A DNA stretch of 63,498 bases, filler included, from Octopus bimaculoides (taxonomy: Eukaryota): the NCBI RefSeq assembly GCF_001194135.2. It is 4 parts of 4 records of this genome, joined end to end, with 100 filler letters (N's around TTAATTAATTAA, not from the genome) between each part and the next. Parts side by side here need not be neighbours in the genome. Positions count along the whole stretch, not along the records: positions 45,552 to 63,498 come from NC_068981.1; 3 more parts are not named here. One strand, given 5' to 3'. Each line of letters opens with the position of its first letter. The first letter of the stretch is position 1. Shown one piece after another: positions 46,781-60,206 of this stretch. Position numbers and translations under genes: made by a program. The notes beneath the pieces were generated by a model. The model ran no database searches. It was given only the letters and a program-made list of their open reading frames with translations, and was not told the DNA's origin.

Positions 46781-47875
46781 TATATGCATATATAAAATTA
46801 TATTCTTCCACTAAATACCATACTGCAGATTAGTTTCCCGATTCTTATACATATTTCGTCATTTTATCCATTGTAATACGTTCATCTCTCTCCTTTATGT
46901 GGCGCCACATTGTCACATGATTTATATGTTGAAAATTCTATATAGTAATTTTGATATTTGAGTCCACAGAGGGACACCATATTGTCACGTTGCACACTTC
47001 GTATAAATTCCATGCATTAAGGTTAATAGTGCAGTCAACAAGGAATATTCGGTAAGATAAGTAAAGCCGTGTATTTTATTAATACTGTTAAACGTCGAAT
47101 TCATTTATTAGTTAATAACACTATATCTTTTTATATGTTTTCCTATTCTTAATCTACAGAAAGTATTTCTTCATTAGACGAATTAGGCCTTTAACTTGAA
47201 AGTCTACAATTATTAAACTTTGACATATTATGTATTGTAATAATAAGAGCTTTCCAACTAGTTGAGATATTTTAAATTTATTCCTATTTTAATTTATTTG
47301 TATTGTTTAAATAGTAGGATACGTTATTTGAATTTATAAAGACCTGAAGAGTGACTTCTTTCTGAATAAAATTTATCTTGATCAATTTATTGTGAATTGT
47401 ACATATATTTTCTGCTATTATGTGGCCACGAAACGAGCCTAGTCTGCAATTTACTTTCTTTTTTATCAACTTACTAAACTGGATTAAACTTTTAATCTAG
47501 TATTTTTTTAGATTTTTATGGATTATAAACATTTCTTTTAGATTTTAGAGATTTTTAAATTAGTAGTTTGTAGAGTACGCTTTCTTGATGATGTCTGATC
47601 TCCTTCGTTGTTTGAATTGCATTTTCGTGGTTCTTCTCTAAATTATATNNNNNNNNNNNNNNNNNNNNNNNNNNNNNNNNNNNNNNNNNNNNNNNNNNNN
47701 NNNNNNNNNNNNNNNNNNNNNNNNNNNNNNNNNNNNNNNNNNNNNNNNNNNNNNNNNNNNNNNNNNNNNNNNNNNNNNNNNNNNNNNNNNNNNNNNNNNN
47801 NNNNNNNNNNNNNNNNNNNNNNNNNNNNNNNNNNNNNNNNNNNNNNNNNNNNNNNNNNNNNNNNNNNNNNNNNNN

Positions 47876-47936
<61 letters not shown>

Positions 47937-48445
47937 TGGGTGCGTGTGCATCACCGCGTTCCGTTGAAGACATTTTCACCACATGGTAAGCTGAAGTAAA
48001 AAAATATATAATAAAAGAAAGAAAATGCACAAAATTTATATATTATGATATATTTTAGGAGTTAGAGTATTTGTAAGGTAGAGGTTTTTACAAGGCAGAG
48101 TATTATACCGGGTTCAAGTCATCCTAATCGGCCTTAAAGTAATAAAAGCCCGAAACACGATTATGTACGCAGTTAAACAAAGTTGTAATTCATTCTCTTT
48201 CTTCTAGTAGCCTATATGTAGTGTGTTTTTTTCTCGGATAATTTATGGTGGTAATAGTATCTTTTGACGTCTATTTTTCAGTTTGTGGTGAGGCGCAAGC
48301 CAAGCCCTTAGATCGCATTAGATTCTTCAAGAGCAACAACATGTTCAAAAGTAACACAAAATGTCAGTCCGGTATTATCTGCATTATCCGCACAGTAAGT
48401 TAAGTAAAATCAAAATAAGTAACAGAATATCAATTAGTAATGCAG

Positions 48446-48668
48446 AACGGCTGTGTCGAGTGACTCCATTTAATTGAACAAAGCAATCATTACATTAATT
48501 TAAATGTAGTGCTATCTTTATCTTCACAAATAAAAACATGAATTATATTCATGTGTCATACTTGTTACAATTCCATTTATCTATTTGTACAACTAAAGAT
48601 AGCATTGCATTTAAATTGATGTAATGATTGCCTTGTTCAATTAAATGGAGCCGCTTAAAACGGTCGTA
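48446..48668. mobile_element. MITE (~220 bp) with ~80-bp imperfect terminal inverted repeats
   Basis: ctccatttaattgaacaaagcaatcattacattaatttaaatgtagtgctatcttta pairs with taaagatagcattgcatttaaattgatgtaatgattgccttgttcaattaaatggag, with more diverged outer ends. Confidence 0.75.
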
Positions 48669-48872
48669 CAGCTTTGCTACTTGATACCCTGTTGCTTCTT
48701 TTGATTATATATATATTTATGTATACACTCACAAACAAACACATGTTCACGTGTGAGTGAGTGTGTCTGCATGTATGTGTATGTGCAAATGTATACATAT
48801 GTGTATCTGTTTCAATATCTATTCATGTCTCTATTTGTGTGTCTACCTACCAAATTCCACCTCTAGTAATAT

Positions 48873-48914
<42 letters not shown>

Positions 48915-51900
48915 GAGTGCAGATTTAGGGTCGTGAGACTGACACAAATGCATTGGTGTTTCTGGATTAATATTACTTTGTGTGCAAACATATATAAAAC
49001 TGCAGATGTTATAAATCTAAACTTGTGTAGTTTAATATAACAAAAAAGCTCTTGTCTACCAAAACACTGATATATGAGTTATGGAAAACGCAGTTAGGGA
49101 TTATACCATGCGGATTTAATAACCATAATTCCTAAATATCTACTGCGGCGTTCCTATTTTTGATGAAAATTATGAAATCTTTTTCCCAAATATAAACATG
49201 CAATATTTGTATGGTGTGAAAGCGATAACTTTCTGTACCTCAGTAAAATGTAATGGATTCCAAATTATTAATAAGTTGTAAGGCGAGAGATTGTCTTCGC
49301 TATTTTGATAGGTGACGTAAATCTTGTGTATTATCTTTAATTATCTGAAATGTTGAGAGGAAACCAAGCGATATTGTAAAGGTAACGAACATTAAATTTG
49401 ACAAGTTACGAGGGACAATCGTATGCTTTATGACAATATTTCACTTGGGAGGATTAATATGATAAACCGATACGTCAGATACAGCTGCACAACATTTGTA
49501 ATCTCCATAGTATATGGAAAGACAGGCATATACACTGAATGCTTATTTCTATCTAAGCTATGAACTCCCATAAACATATATATGATATATATATANNNNN
49601 NNNNNNNNNNNNNNNNNNNNNNNNNNNNNNNNNNNNNNNNNNNNNNNNNNNNNNNNNNNNNNNNNNNNNNNNNNNNNNNNNNNNNNNNNNNNNNNNNNNN
49701 NNNNNNNNNNNNNNNNNNNNNNNNNNNNNNNNNNNNNNNNNNGTGTCTGTAATGATGGTAAGCATTTTGTGGGTTTGTTTGTTGTGTTTGTATCAATATT
49801 TGTACATATACGTTTGTCAATTCATGTTGCAAGATATCTGATGTGCAATCGTGTGCTGAAACAAATATTATTGTATTCAGGGATGGTCATGTTTTTTTCC
49901 ACAATAAACACACGCACTATATATTTGTTTTTCACTCATTTAGAACTGTTCATTTTTCCTTGAAATCTCACATACTGAAGAGTACAAATTCGACCTCTAT
50001 GATGGTCTCTCCATGGAAATCTTGATCCTTTTGTCAGAAACAATTGTCTGGAAATATGAAATAAAAGGATAATCTATTTTGACATATAATCCGCTTCTAT
50101 TAATTTATTTCATGTTATTTATTGAACTTTGTTTATTAAATGAAATCTAATACTAATTATATATATATATATAGACATATAATATACAATTGTGCATATC
50201 TGTACATACATATATATTCAGAGACAAAGAGTGAAACAGAGAAAAGTCTAAATATATTCGCGGAGAAAAATGACAGTCTTTGTACGAGAGCATACCTGTG
50301 AGAGAGGAGTGTAGTTGAAGCAGCTTGTTTGAAGTAATAAAGTAGTAAATATATTTTGCGTTTGAAATAAAATATAAAGTGTAAAAGCTGTTCATTTATG
50401 CCATGCGGCGTTCCCTTGCAATCCAATAAATCTAAACAGAAGAGATGATGAAACAAGCAATGACATTTCCCAGAAAATATAAGTATTTATTTACTATCTA
50501 TGAAGGGATGATAATTAAGCTTATCAATGCCGATGTGCATGTGATGTTTACATATGACGCTGAGCTTAATTAGTTTTGAGATAATGAATGCGAAAAAAGG
50601 GCAATATTTTTGAAATTAGTTAGGGTGAGTGGAAACGTCCCAACAATACGCTCAGCGTCAAAAAATAAAATGGAGAAGTCGGTGACAGAATACTTACAAT
50701 TAACGTAAAATAAGAAGTGTTAACTAATAAAACGCATATCCGTTGCTCGAAGAAATAACCTTGAGAAGAGGTATAAATTCTGGTCGAGAGAGATAAAGGG
50801 AAGTTTTATTGAAATATAAACATAATGAGTCAAAAATACAATATGTGCAAATTAGTTGAGGACGTGACCCAGTTGACAGTTTTTTAGTTGTAGGTGACCT
50901 CCCCCGTAAATTATTGTCTTAATTCATGGTAAACAGATTGTACACGCACGCGCACGCGCACGCGCATGAGCTGCGCGCGAAATGCGAATAGATTGAGCAA
51001 AGGACAACCACAATGCGATTAGGGAGAGAGGAAGGAAACTGACTAGCCGTGTGAATGTTCATAAAGACAAATTCGGGATTCATCTCTTCAGAATATCTCA
51101 TGCAGTGAACATCTAGATATCTGTGCAAATGGGAAATTGAAAATATTCACATTTTACAAAATATACGATAAAAATTTACAGCAACGAAAAAATATTTCAT
51201 AAGAATTCTAAGTCCGGAACATAATCATAAAATATTTCATAATATTGTTTTCAATAAATGTTTATTTTTTTAAAACCACCTTTACACTACATATGTATTC
51301 TCCTCCTTCTAAGATACGTATCTATTCTGTTTTCTCGATCTGCTTACCCCTGCTAGTACTTGCACACAATTTTATTCACGCTAGAAGACCCTTTGAACGA
51401 GCAGCACATGGAATTAATGATAGATCACTAGCCACTACACATTCTTTATTTTCTCTCTTTATTTTCTCTCCTTGTTTCTTTCTGTGGAAGAGAGTAGGTT
51501 CGATATGTTAAAAACTTTTCACTTCCTGAGCGTTAAACTAATACATCTGTTTGTGGTTTACACCACCTGTCTACGTGTTTTTTTTTTGTGAATTCTCCCC
51601 ATGGAATTAATGTCTCTACACCATCCATCTGTTATAACAAAATATGAACTCCTAACTGAATTTACATACCATGGACAAGAAACATTTCTACACATTCTGC
51701 ACAGCTCTTTACTTGGATAATGGAACTGCAATTGTAACATCGAACATAGATCTTTATTTTTATTCTCTTATTTCCCTTTATACTTCCTATATCTCTTCCC
51801 TTCCTTCTGCTATTGAACTCTACTATTTCCCTCTATTTATCTCACTCATTTTTTCTCTGATGAAGGGATACCCCTCATATCGCTGAAAAAGCTGTAAGAC

Positions 51901-52829
51901 TACCTTTCTCTTTATAAATGGCCTAGAAACTTCACTCTGCCTTGGCATTGTTGTCTCATTTTATTTAACGTATATATATATATATATATATATATNNNNN
52001 NNNNNNNNNNNNNNNNNNNNNNNNNNNNNNNNNNNNNNNNNNNNNNNNNNNNNNNNNNNNNNNNNNNNNNNNNNNNNNNNNNNNNNNNNNNNNNNNNNNN
52101 NNNNNNNNNNNNNNNNNNNNNNNNNNNNNNNNNNNNNNNNNNNNNNNNNNNNNNNNNNNNNNNNNNNNNNNNNNNNNNNNNNNNNNNNNNNNNNNNNNNN
52201 NNNNNNNNNNNNNNNNNNNNNNNNNNNNNNNNNNNNNNNNNNNNNNNNNNNNNNNNNNNNNNNNNNNNNNNNNNNNNNNNNNNNNNNNNNNNNNNNNNNN
52301 NNNNNNNNNNNNNNNNNNNNNNNNNNNNNNNNNNNNNNNNNNNNNNNNNNNNNNNNNNNNNNNNNNNNNNNNNNNNNNNNNNNNNNNNNNNNNNNNNNNN
52401 NNNNNNNNNNNNNNNNNNNNNNNNNNNNNNNNNNNNNNNNNNNNNNNNNNNNNNNNNNNNNNNNNNNNNNNNNNNNNNNNNNNNNNNNNNNNNNNNNNNN
52501 NNNNNNNNNNNNNNNNNNNNNNNNNNNNNNNNNNNNNNNNNNNNNNNNNNNNNNNNNNNNNNNNNNNNNNNNNNNNNNNNNNNNNNNNNNNNNNNNNNNN
52601 NNNNNNNNNNNNNNNNNNNNNNNNNNNNNNNNNNNNNNNNNNNNNNNNNNNNNNNNNNNNNNNNNNNNNNNNNNNNNNNNNNNNNNNNNNNNNNNNNNNN
52701 NNNNNNNNNNNNNNNNNNNNNNNNNNNNNNNNNNNNNNNNNNNNNNNNNNNNNNNNNNNNNNNNNNNNNNNNNNNNNNNNNNNNNNNNNNNNNNNNNNNN
52801 NNNNNNNNNNNNNNNNNNNNNNNNNNNNN

Positions 52830-52872
<43 letters not shown>

Positions 52873-55199
52873 TCACATACAGATATACATAGAAAGAGGG
52901 GGGAGAGAAAGAGACAAAGAGAGGGTGGAAGAGATTCTGTCAACTGAGTATGATTGTCCTGAACACTGAAATGAAGGACGTCGACCTTGAAGATACATAT
53001 TCGGCATGAAAAAGTGGTCGTGTCGGAGCGTTCTCAGTGCAATCCAACTACTTTTAATACTTTCTGTCTAAAAAACGAACCTTCATATTTGTTTCGGACC
53101 AGCTTATAGAAAGCCAACTTATCAGTAGAAAAAGTACCTGCATAAAAACAGATAACAGCTTGTAACGAATTTTAAGTACACTCTGCGAGGATGATCCTAC
53201 ACCGGTCATCCAAAAAGAGTTGTCAGTCCTATCTCTTTCAATCATAAGTGTGTACTGAATAGAATTTACCCGATCGACACTTCTGCAGGAATAACGATTG
53301 CATGGTCACGCCAATAATGTTTTTCATAGATTTAATAGATGAGAGCTGTCCTGCACGTACAGTAGTTTGAATGAACTTTGAATGAACGTATAATGAACGC
53401 AGAATAGTTTCAATGAAACAATGGACAGATATGAATATAAATCTCGTCTATGCGTAGCCTATAGAACTTGATGATATTTTCATCACCGAATAACTCATGA
53501 GACACTCATTAATAATGTAATATTATAAGCTGTTATTTAGAGCTAGCTGAAATCATTCAATAAGACATTTGTTAATTTCTGTCTCTCATTTGCTAACTCA
53601 TCATATGCATACAAAGACACACAGATACCTACAGACTCACAAACATAAAAGCGCGCATACACACACGAACGCAGACAGTTTACACAATAATGGCAACTGT
53701 CTTCCTACAACAAGTGTACATAATATATGACACAAAATTATGCCTATGTTTTCATTTTTCATTTGTTTCTATCTGGATTTGAAATGATTGCTGTTGAAAC
53801 ACATCGAACCAAGAACGGTGTGTGGAACATTTTAACCATGCCTAGACGTTTTCGTGACTCGTCGCATATTTCATTGCACCTTTACATATGTGCGTATGTG
53901 TTTGTGTATGCGGGGGTGTGCGTGTTTGTGCGTGGGTGCGCATGTGTATGTATGTTCATAGGTAGATGTACCTACAGATGCAGGAATAAATAGTATGAAA
54001 GAAAAAGAACTAACAGAGGTAATTTCAGAAGCCTGTACCCTGGAGGAAATAAATCAGTTCTGTGTTGGTTAGTTTGGAAACTGGACAGGATATGATTGCA
54101 GGGAAGCAGAAAAGTACATTAACCACGACTAAATTCGAGCAGATGGATCGATTTGAAGCAGTCCAAATGAAGAGAGCTTGTTTTCGTAACGGTAATAACG
54201 GGCGGGGAATCTTACAATCTCGCATATGTGGTATCTTCTTATCGATGTAGTTCTCAAGCACCTGGTCAGTTGTGCTCTAGCAGTGTAACTGCAAAAAAAA
54301 AAAAAAAAAAAAAGAGAACGTGTTAGTCCTAATCGTCACATTCTTGTATTCAAATGCATTGTTTCGTGGAATAAAACATTATTTAACCTCTTCAGTTGTT
54401 ACATTGCATTTGAAGGGAAAACGGATTGGCATATTTCGGATATTTTAGAAAAAACAATTATATCTCGCGATGACTCAGGAGTAAACCACCACCTATTACA
54501 GATAATTTAGTGGTATTTTTCTAATTTATTACCAACTCAATCAGGAGCGAGAGAACCTATTATGAAAAGGCTAAGTACCAAGAAGCAACTGTCCTGCGCT
54601 TTTAGACACACCTCCGCTCAGACTCTAAATTTTGATATAGGCTATGCTTCTAATGATGGTGGCTTAAAACGTTTGCAATACGGCTGTTATTTCTAGGAGA
54701 TCCAGTGACTTGAAAGAAAATTTAATAATGTTCAGTGTTTAAAAATGTTTTAATCACAGCATATGTTCCATGTCACCAAAACATTCAATTTCAAGATTCT
54801 CATTTCACTTCCTTCATAATATATATACGCATTTAAGTAAGTATGCATTCATGTGTGTGTTAATATATGTTTAATAAAGTAATTCCCAGGAACAAGTGAT
54901 CTAATGATGTTCCTTACGATGTACACACGTATATACAAATGAATACACACACAAGTGTATATACAGTGGACGAATGTACGCACATACGTAAGATTTACAT
55001 TGCGCTTTCTCACGCACGGATCGTGCGTACATATTAATCAAATTAGCATATGTCGTTATAAACAACTCCACAAAGAAGATCTATTCTGTCAATAGAAATA
55101 ATTACGTTGAATTCTTTATATATTCTCTTGGAAAGATACACTGGCTTATCTAGGAAAAGAGTATTTTATTCATAGAATTAATACAAAACCAATTCTTGT

Positions 55200-55590
55200 T
55201 GATTCAGGTAGTAGTTACACGAGGAATTATTAATGATCACAATACTTCCATTTCAAGATTTCGCTGTTTCAGGTAGCAATGCAAACAGAGATTCTAAGAC
55301 ATTTGGTAGCAATGAAATATTGCCAATGTGCATCCAATCAAACTTGTGTAAAGAAATCGCAAGAATGGATAACGTCTAGTAAATTCTATTTGATATAAGA
55401 AAGCATTTCAGAGAAGGTAGTTATTTACTGTTGCCAATAATGTATAAAGCTGTAACATTCTCAGAGACCTTTAACATGGAATGGCAAAGGTCTTATGGTG
55501 GAGGATACCAAGCCTACATATACTTCAACTCTGTCCATAATATATAACAACAAAAGCGACAAATAAAGATAAAATCAATATAGATTTACG
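55200..55590 (-). pseudogene. Possible decayed LRR-receptor N-terminus (weak)
   Basis: Hydrophobic SILILSLFVAFVVIYYG, then across a frameshift TFAIP / VSENVTALYIIGN and LPSLKCFLISNRI (LRR-like). Many stops. Confidence 0.25.
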
Positions 55591-56040
55591 CGCTCCCTGG
55601 AGCAATACTTTATCCACAAAATTCTTTGTATATCATTTGGACATTTGTTCATTGGAGTTTCTCCACCAAACATTATTCCTTATGCAGCTGTTTCACCTTT
55701 TATGACGTATTGCCTTCGCATATTTCTATCTAATTTTCAGAGTTTTGGAAGGATACTTTCACAATTCACAATACGTTTAACATTTAATAAAAAAAAATGT
55801 AATCATTTTTAGTTGCAACTAAAAACGATTTACAATCAAAAACTGTACTTTTACATTGACTTAAATTTGTAAAATGAGAGTATTTAATAAATAGTCAAAT
55901 TACTGTTATATTTAAATCTAAATGTATTAGATACCAAATCGGTTACTGTATAAGAAAACATTTCAAGCCTATTGTGAAGTTTAATTGCGCACGCACAAAC
56001 ACACATGTTTTTCACATAAATGCTTCATATTCCACGTGGC

Positions 56041-56089
<49 letters not shown>

Positions 56090-56299
56090 GTGTTTGTGAT
56101 GTCTGTGTGTGTATCGTAGTATCTATAGTTGACCCACACGAATGGCTTGACAGCTGGGGCTGGTGTTTTTACGACGAAAGAGACCAATAGTACATGGCTT
56201 TATAAAAAGGAAAAAAAAAGAGAAAGCGCTGAGGTCAATAAGTTCGACTACAATTCTTCAAGGTGGTGCCTAAGCATCGCCGCAGTCTAACTCTAGGAA

Positions 56300-56900
56300 A
56301 ATATCTTACTTCGGCAGGTCCGATGAAAATAGATTAGACAAAGTAAAATGAATTCAACAGGGGGAATATCGATAATATTAAACCGGCTGACAGGGCAGGG
56401 GTAGTTAATAACAGAAGGGACTCCAATATTAACACCAACATAACACGCGGTGTTGTGGGGGCGGGGGGTAATAAAGCAGGGGCCAGCAATCAAGAGGAGA
56501 CTACTTCAACACAACCCTATACTTTCACAGGTCAGGGAGCGGGAATCATTAAAAATAGCAGCGCGGTAACACCTATGGATAAGAAGGTTTGGAAATATGG
56601 GGTCAATTGAAAAAAGTGTAGCAGAGATATACACGAGGAACTATAACACAATAAATAACAGGAAAAGCCAATTAGGTCTTTGTAATAGTGTTAGGAATAA
56701 CGTACGTACTTTATACTCCAGATGCTTCACGAAGAACCTACATGCAAAATCACTTCTGAGGGATGGACGTACTTCTATATTGGATCCAGCTCGCTAAATC
56801 TCAAAAGAGGACTAGGTAATCATTCAAATTCCTTTAGGGATAGATAAAAGCTGAACTGTACCATCCTAAACAAACAAAATTTTACACCCTTAAAGATTAA
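56300..56900 (+). mobile_element. Decayed Penelope-like 3' fragment (GIY-YIG)
   Basis: GLCNSVRN…SRCFTKN, then TYFYIGSSSLNLKRGLGNHSNSFRDR*KLNCTILNK. Confidence 0.6.
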
Positions 56901-57139
56901 AAAAAACCCCAAAAAACAAAAAAAAAACATTGCTATAACACGGAGCGGGAGATAATTAATACACCTGAACCGAATCGTGCAGACATAAGCTATTGTTTGG
57001 AGAAATGTATCATATCGAGAGACAAAATACTTAATAGTAGGCTGCAACAAGCTGTAAGATGCTTACATAAACATATCAAAACATACGACACAACAAATAG
57101 GTGGGAAAGGAAGGATATAAGCACATATCCTATACTTCA

Positions 57140-57345
57140 CAAACGTTAGCACAAACGTTAACACACTGGGCGAATTGCTTATCGGTATTTCGTCTGTCTC
57201 CATGTTCTGAGTTCAAATTCCGCCGAGGTCGACTATGCCTTTTATCCTTTCGGGGTGGAAAAATTAAGTACCAGTTACGTACTGTGGTCGATCTAATCGA
57301 CTTGTCCCCTCCCAAACTTCGGGCCTTGTGCTTAGAGTAGAAAAG
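57140..57345 (+). mobile_element. SINE family B
   Basis: gttctgagttcaaattccgccgaggtcgactatgcc…ggccttgtgcttagagtagaaaag. Confidence 0.8.
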
Positions 57346-59049
57346 AATATATGGTCGTTACGTAACCAACCTAATATATATATCTTGTCTACTTTCTACT
57401 ACCCAGCATTAATACCACAGCAACGAACATATATGAATATCTTATAACATTGCATTACAAGGACTACACTTGAAAGTAAGGTTATTGAGTACCTAACTAC
57501 TGCAATACTCATCAAAAAGAGTAACACTGACCATTATCTGATTAGAATCCTGACTTGTACCAGCAACTGGTGTGAAACCCGGATCAACCACGCAAACTTA
57601 CGAAGAGAACAGATTTCAGATTCAAAACAAACTCCCCTCACATCCGCTCGAGTCCTAACCAACAAAAAAACTACCTGCATTCAGTTCGATTCGTGGCCTG
57701 CTGGGGCACAGACTCTGACGGAATCTACACAGAAAATTATGCCGGGTTTCATGTGAAATTGCTCCTATTCTGTGCCGTAGAACACGAGAGGAATGTAATA
57801 ACCATACAAATTTAGTGTATAAAATTGTAAAGTAAAAGGAAATTTATTTTGAGGATTAACGAGTTTTCATATTCTATATCATAAAAATTATGACTAATAT
57901 ACGAGATAGATATATGTATGTATACATATATACACGCACAGACACACAAACTGACATGTACGCAGACGCATACATGCATACATAGACACAGCTCATTCAC
58001 ATACTTATACAAATGCGCAGTGACATGCGCACGCACACATGCGCACGCACACATACGCACACGAATGTAACTTGTTTCTAGTTAGTTCTGTATGAAGTAC
58101 GAATTTAAAGCTCCTAAAATCAATTTTAAATTATTTTACACTTATTTCTTAAATATATTAGAATATACTTCGCCTTGACATTTTAAGGATTAATTAATTT
58201 GGGCATATCATTTATCAATGCAGAGCTATAAATTACAATATAATTTGAACTCTAAGTTAAAGAAATCAAATTAAGTCATACATTTTATTCAATTATTTTC
58301 ATAATCACCTTTACATTAATTTATATTTCGCTCACATTTAAGTGCTTAAATATATGCACTCATTACTAAGAACAACTTTTATTCGTGGATGTATATTCTT
58401 ATATATACGTGGGTACGAACCAGAAAATCATATCCAAATGAATATAATTTTATTTGTGTTTATATGCTTGTCAGTACAGGATTCCTTGATGCGTGTTTTG
58501 CAGAATTTCCTATATAATCTACTAAAATGTATTAAATCTATTAAAAATTATATAATATTTATTATAATATATCATAATATTATGACAAGCAACTTTTCAG
58601 AAATTCATATTTGTTGGTTTTGGGGAATGGTTATCATTATAACAACTTCTAAATGCTTTTAAAATTTTGAATCTAAAATAACCAGTGATTATTCCTGTGT
58701 CATTCACGCATAAAAAAAACGCCATATTTACTTAATATGTTACTCACCTTCTGTCAAACATAATGGTCAAATTACGTCTGCAGATATTCCGTGAAACTTT
58801 TGACAGGTTTTTGTTTCCCGTTGTTGTGTATACAATATGACTGCTTATTTATATATGTACGAACATGATTGTAATAAGCATAAACTCCTGTCAAAATGAA
58901 TACTATTACGCCTCGTTGTTGTTGCTTTGTGCAGTATATTACCTCTAAGTAAGATATAGAGAATGCTATTTTGAATTAATAATACTTCCGTCACTTACAA
59001 CGAAGCATAATGTATTCACACACATGTTATAGTGATTCATATTGCTATT

Positions 59050-59881
59050 ACTACTTTACAGTTGTGATATTGCACCGCATAAATTCTGATCATATAAGAT
59101 TCAACATTGATCACACTTTTTATGAAGAAAGACTGAAATCTGACATATTTAAATTGAGGGCTACTTGGCAAGTATTCCTAGGGATTTGAGACCAATTAAA
59201 TGCCTTTGGATTGTAAAGACAAAGTCGTTTTATAAGTTATGGGACTAATACTATTGTATTGATGCTGCGTTGCGCAAGTGTAAGTTGCTGATAAGAAGAT
59301 TATCATAAAAGGTCCTTAAACCATCAGAATATACTTTTATACAGAAGTGAATTACAGTTTTGCAATGAGTAAATAACCTTTACCAAGCTCTTTTTGAAAG
59401 AAAGGGAATTTTCTGCCAAATTAATAGTCGAAATCATTGCTATTGAAAGAAATATATATTTCCTAAAGGTTGACACAAATACAGGACCACGCTGGATGAA
59501 AATATATATTGTAATACATACTTTTCACATCTTCACTAGATCTAGCTGCCACAAATTTACAAGTGTGGAAAGTTTCGTATTTCCAGTGAAATGCTGTAAC
59601 GTATTGCACATGATATTTCGATTGAGTAAACAACTTTCAGAAACTAAATAGCTGACTTCCCAAAAGCATATGTAAACATGAGATATTCTGCTAGCGAAAT
59701 ATATATTACGTGATTGGAATGACGTTTTATGGCAATGTTTCTCAAATGATTTATTCTTCAACGAAGTAAAACTCGAGAACTTGATGTTGCTAAGTGAGGT
59801 TTTCGTCTGAATCATGAACTTAACAAAATTAAAAATTGCATTTACTGCGAGAAAACAGGAATCGAGAATTACAATTCTCAA
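59050..59881 (-). pseudogene. Probable decayed LRR (Toll-like-receptor-type ectodomain) coding relic
   Basis: One frame with a single stop in its first ~185 codons. ISTINLAENSL is an exact LxxLxLxxNxL match. Also LSTLVNLWQLDL, QQLTLAQRSI, IKRLCLYN in the same frame. Not TE-like. Confidence 0.45.
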
Positions 59882-60123
59882 AATGTCTTTTATGTTTTAC
59901 CGCGTAAATAAATTCTAATACAAGTTTGAGTTTGACATAAAATGTATGGCATACATGTATAATTAGAAGTGATAACGAATCGAAGAAAAAAAAAACGACT
60001 GAAAACTATAATAAATATAAGAATTATATGTAGGCAACATGACTGAATAAAAACCAAAAGCATCAATTTATGTTGTGTGCAATATACATATTAAATTTAA
60101 TTTCTCTTAACTGGAAATCTATA

Positions 60124-60206
<83 letters not shown>

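Noticed and set aside
50940-50995. CpG-rich GCGCAC/GCGCAT run resembling NRF1 promoter sites
   Set aside because: Best explained as a mutated (CA)n/(CACG)n microsatellite. No independent promoter evidence.
53000-53400. Hydrophobic or LRR-like peptides (MQSLFLQKC; signal-like stretch on +)
   Set aside because: All frames heavily interrupted. A single short motif is within chance expectation.
54033-54250. Candidate phase-1 exon 2 for the 16719 gene (EACTLEEINQFCVG…)
   Set aside because: In-frame stop after 14 codons, no donor, and it lies beyond two artificial joins.
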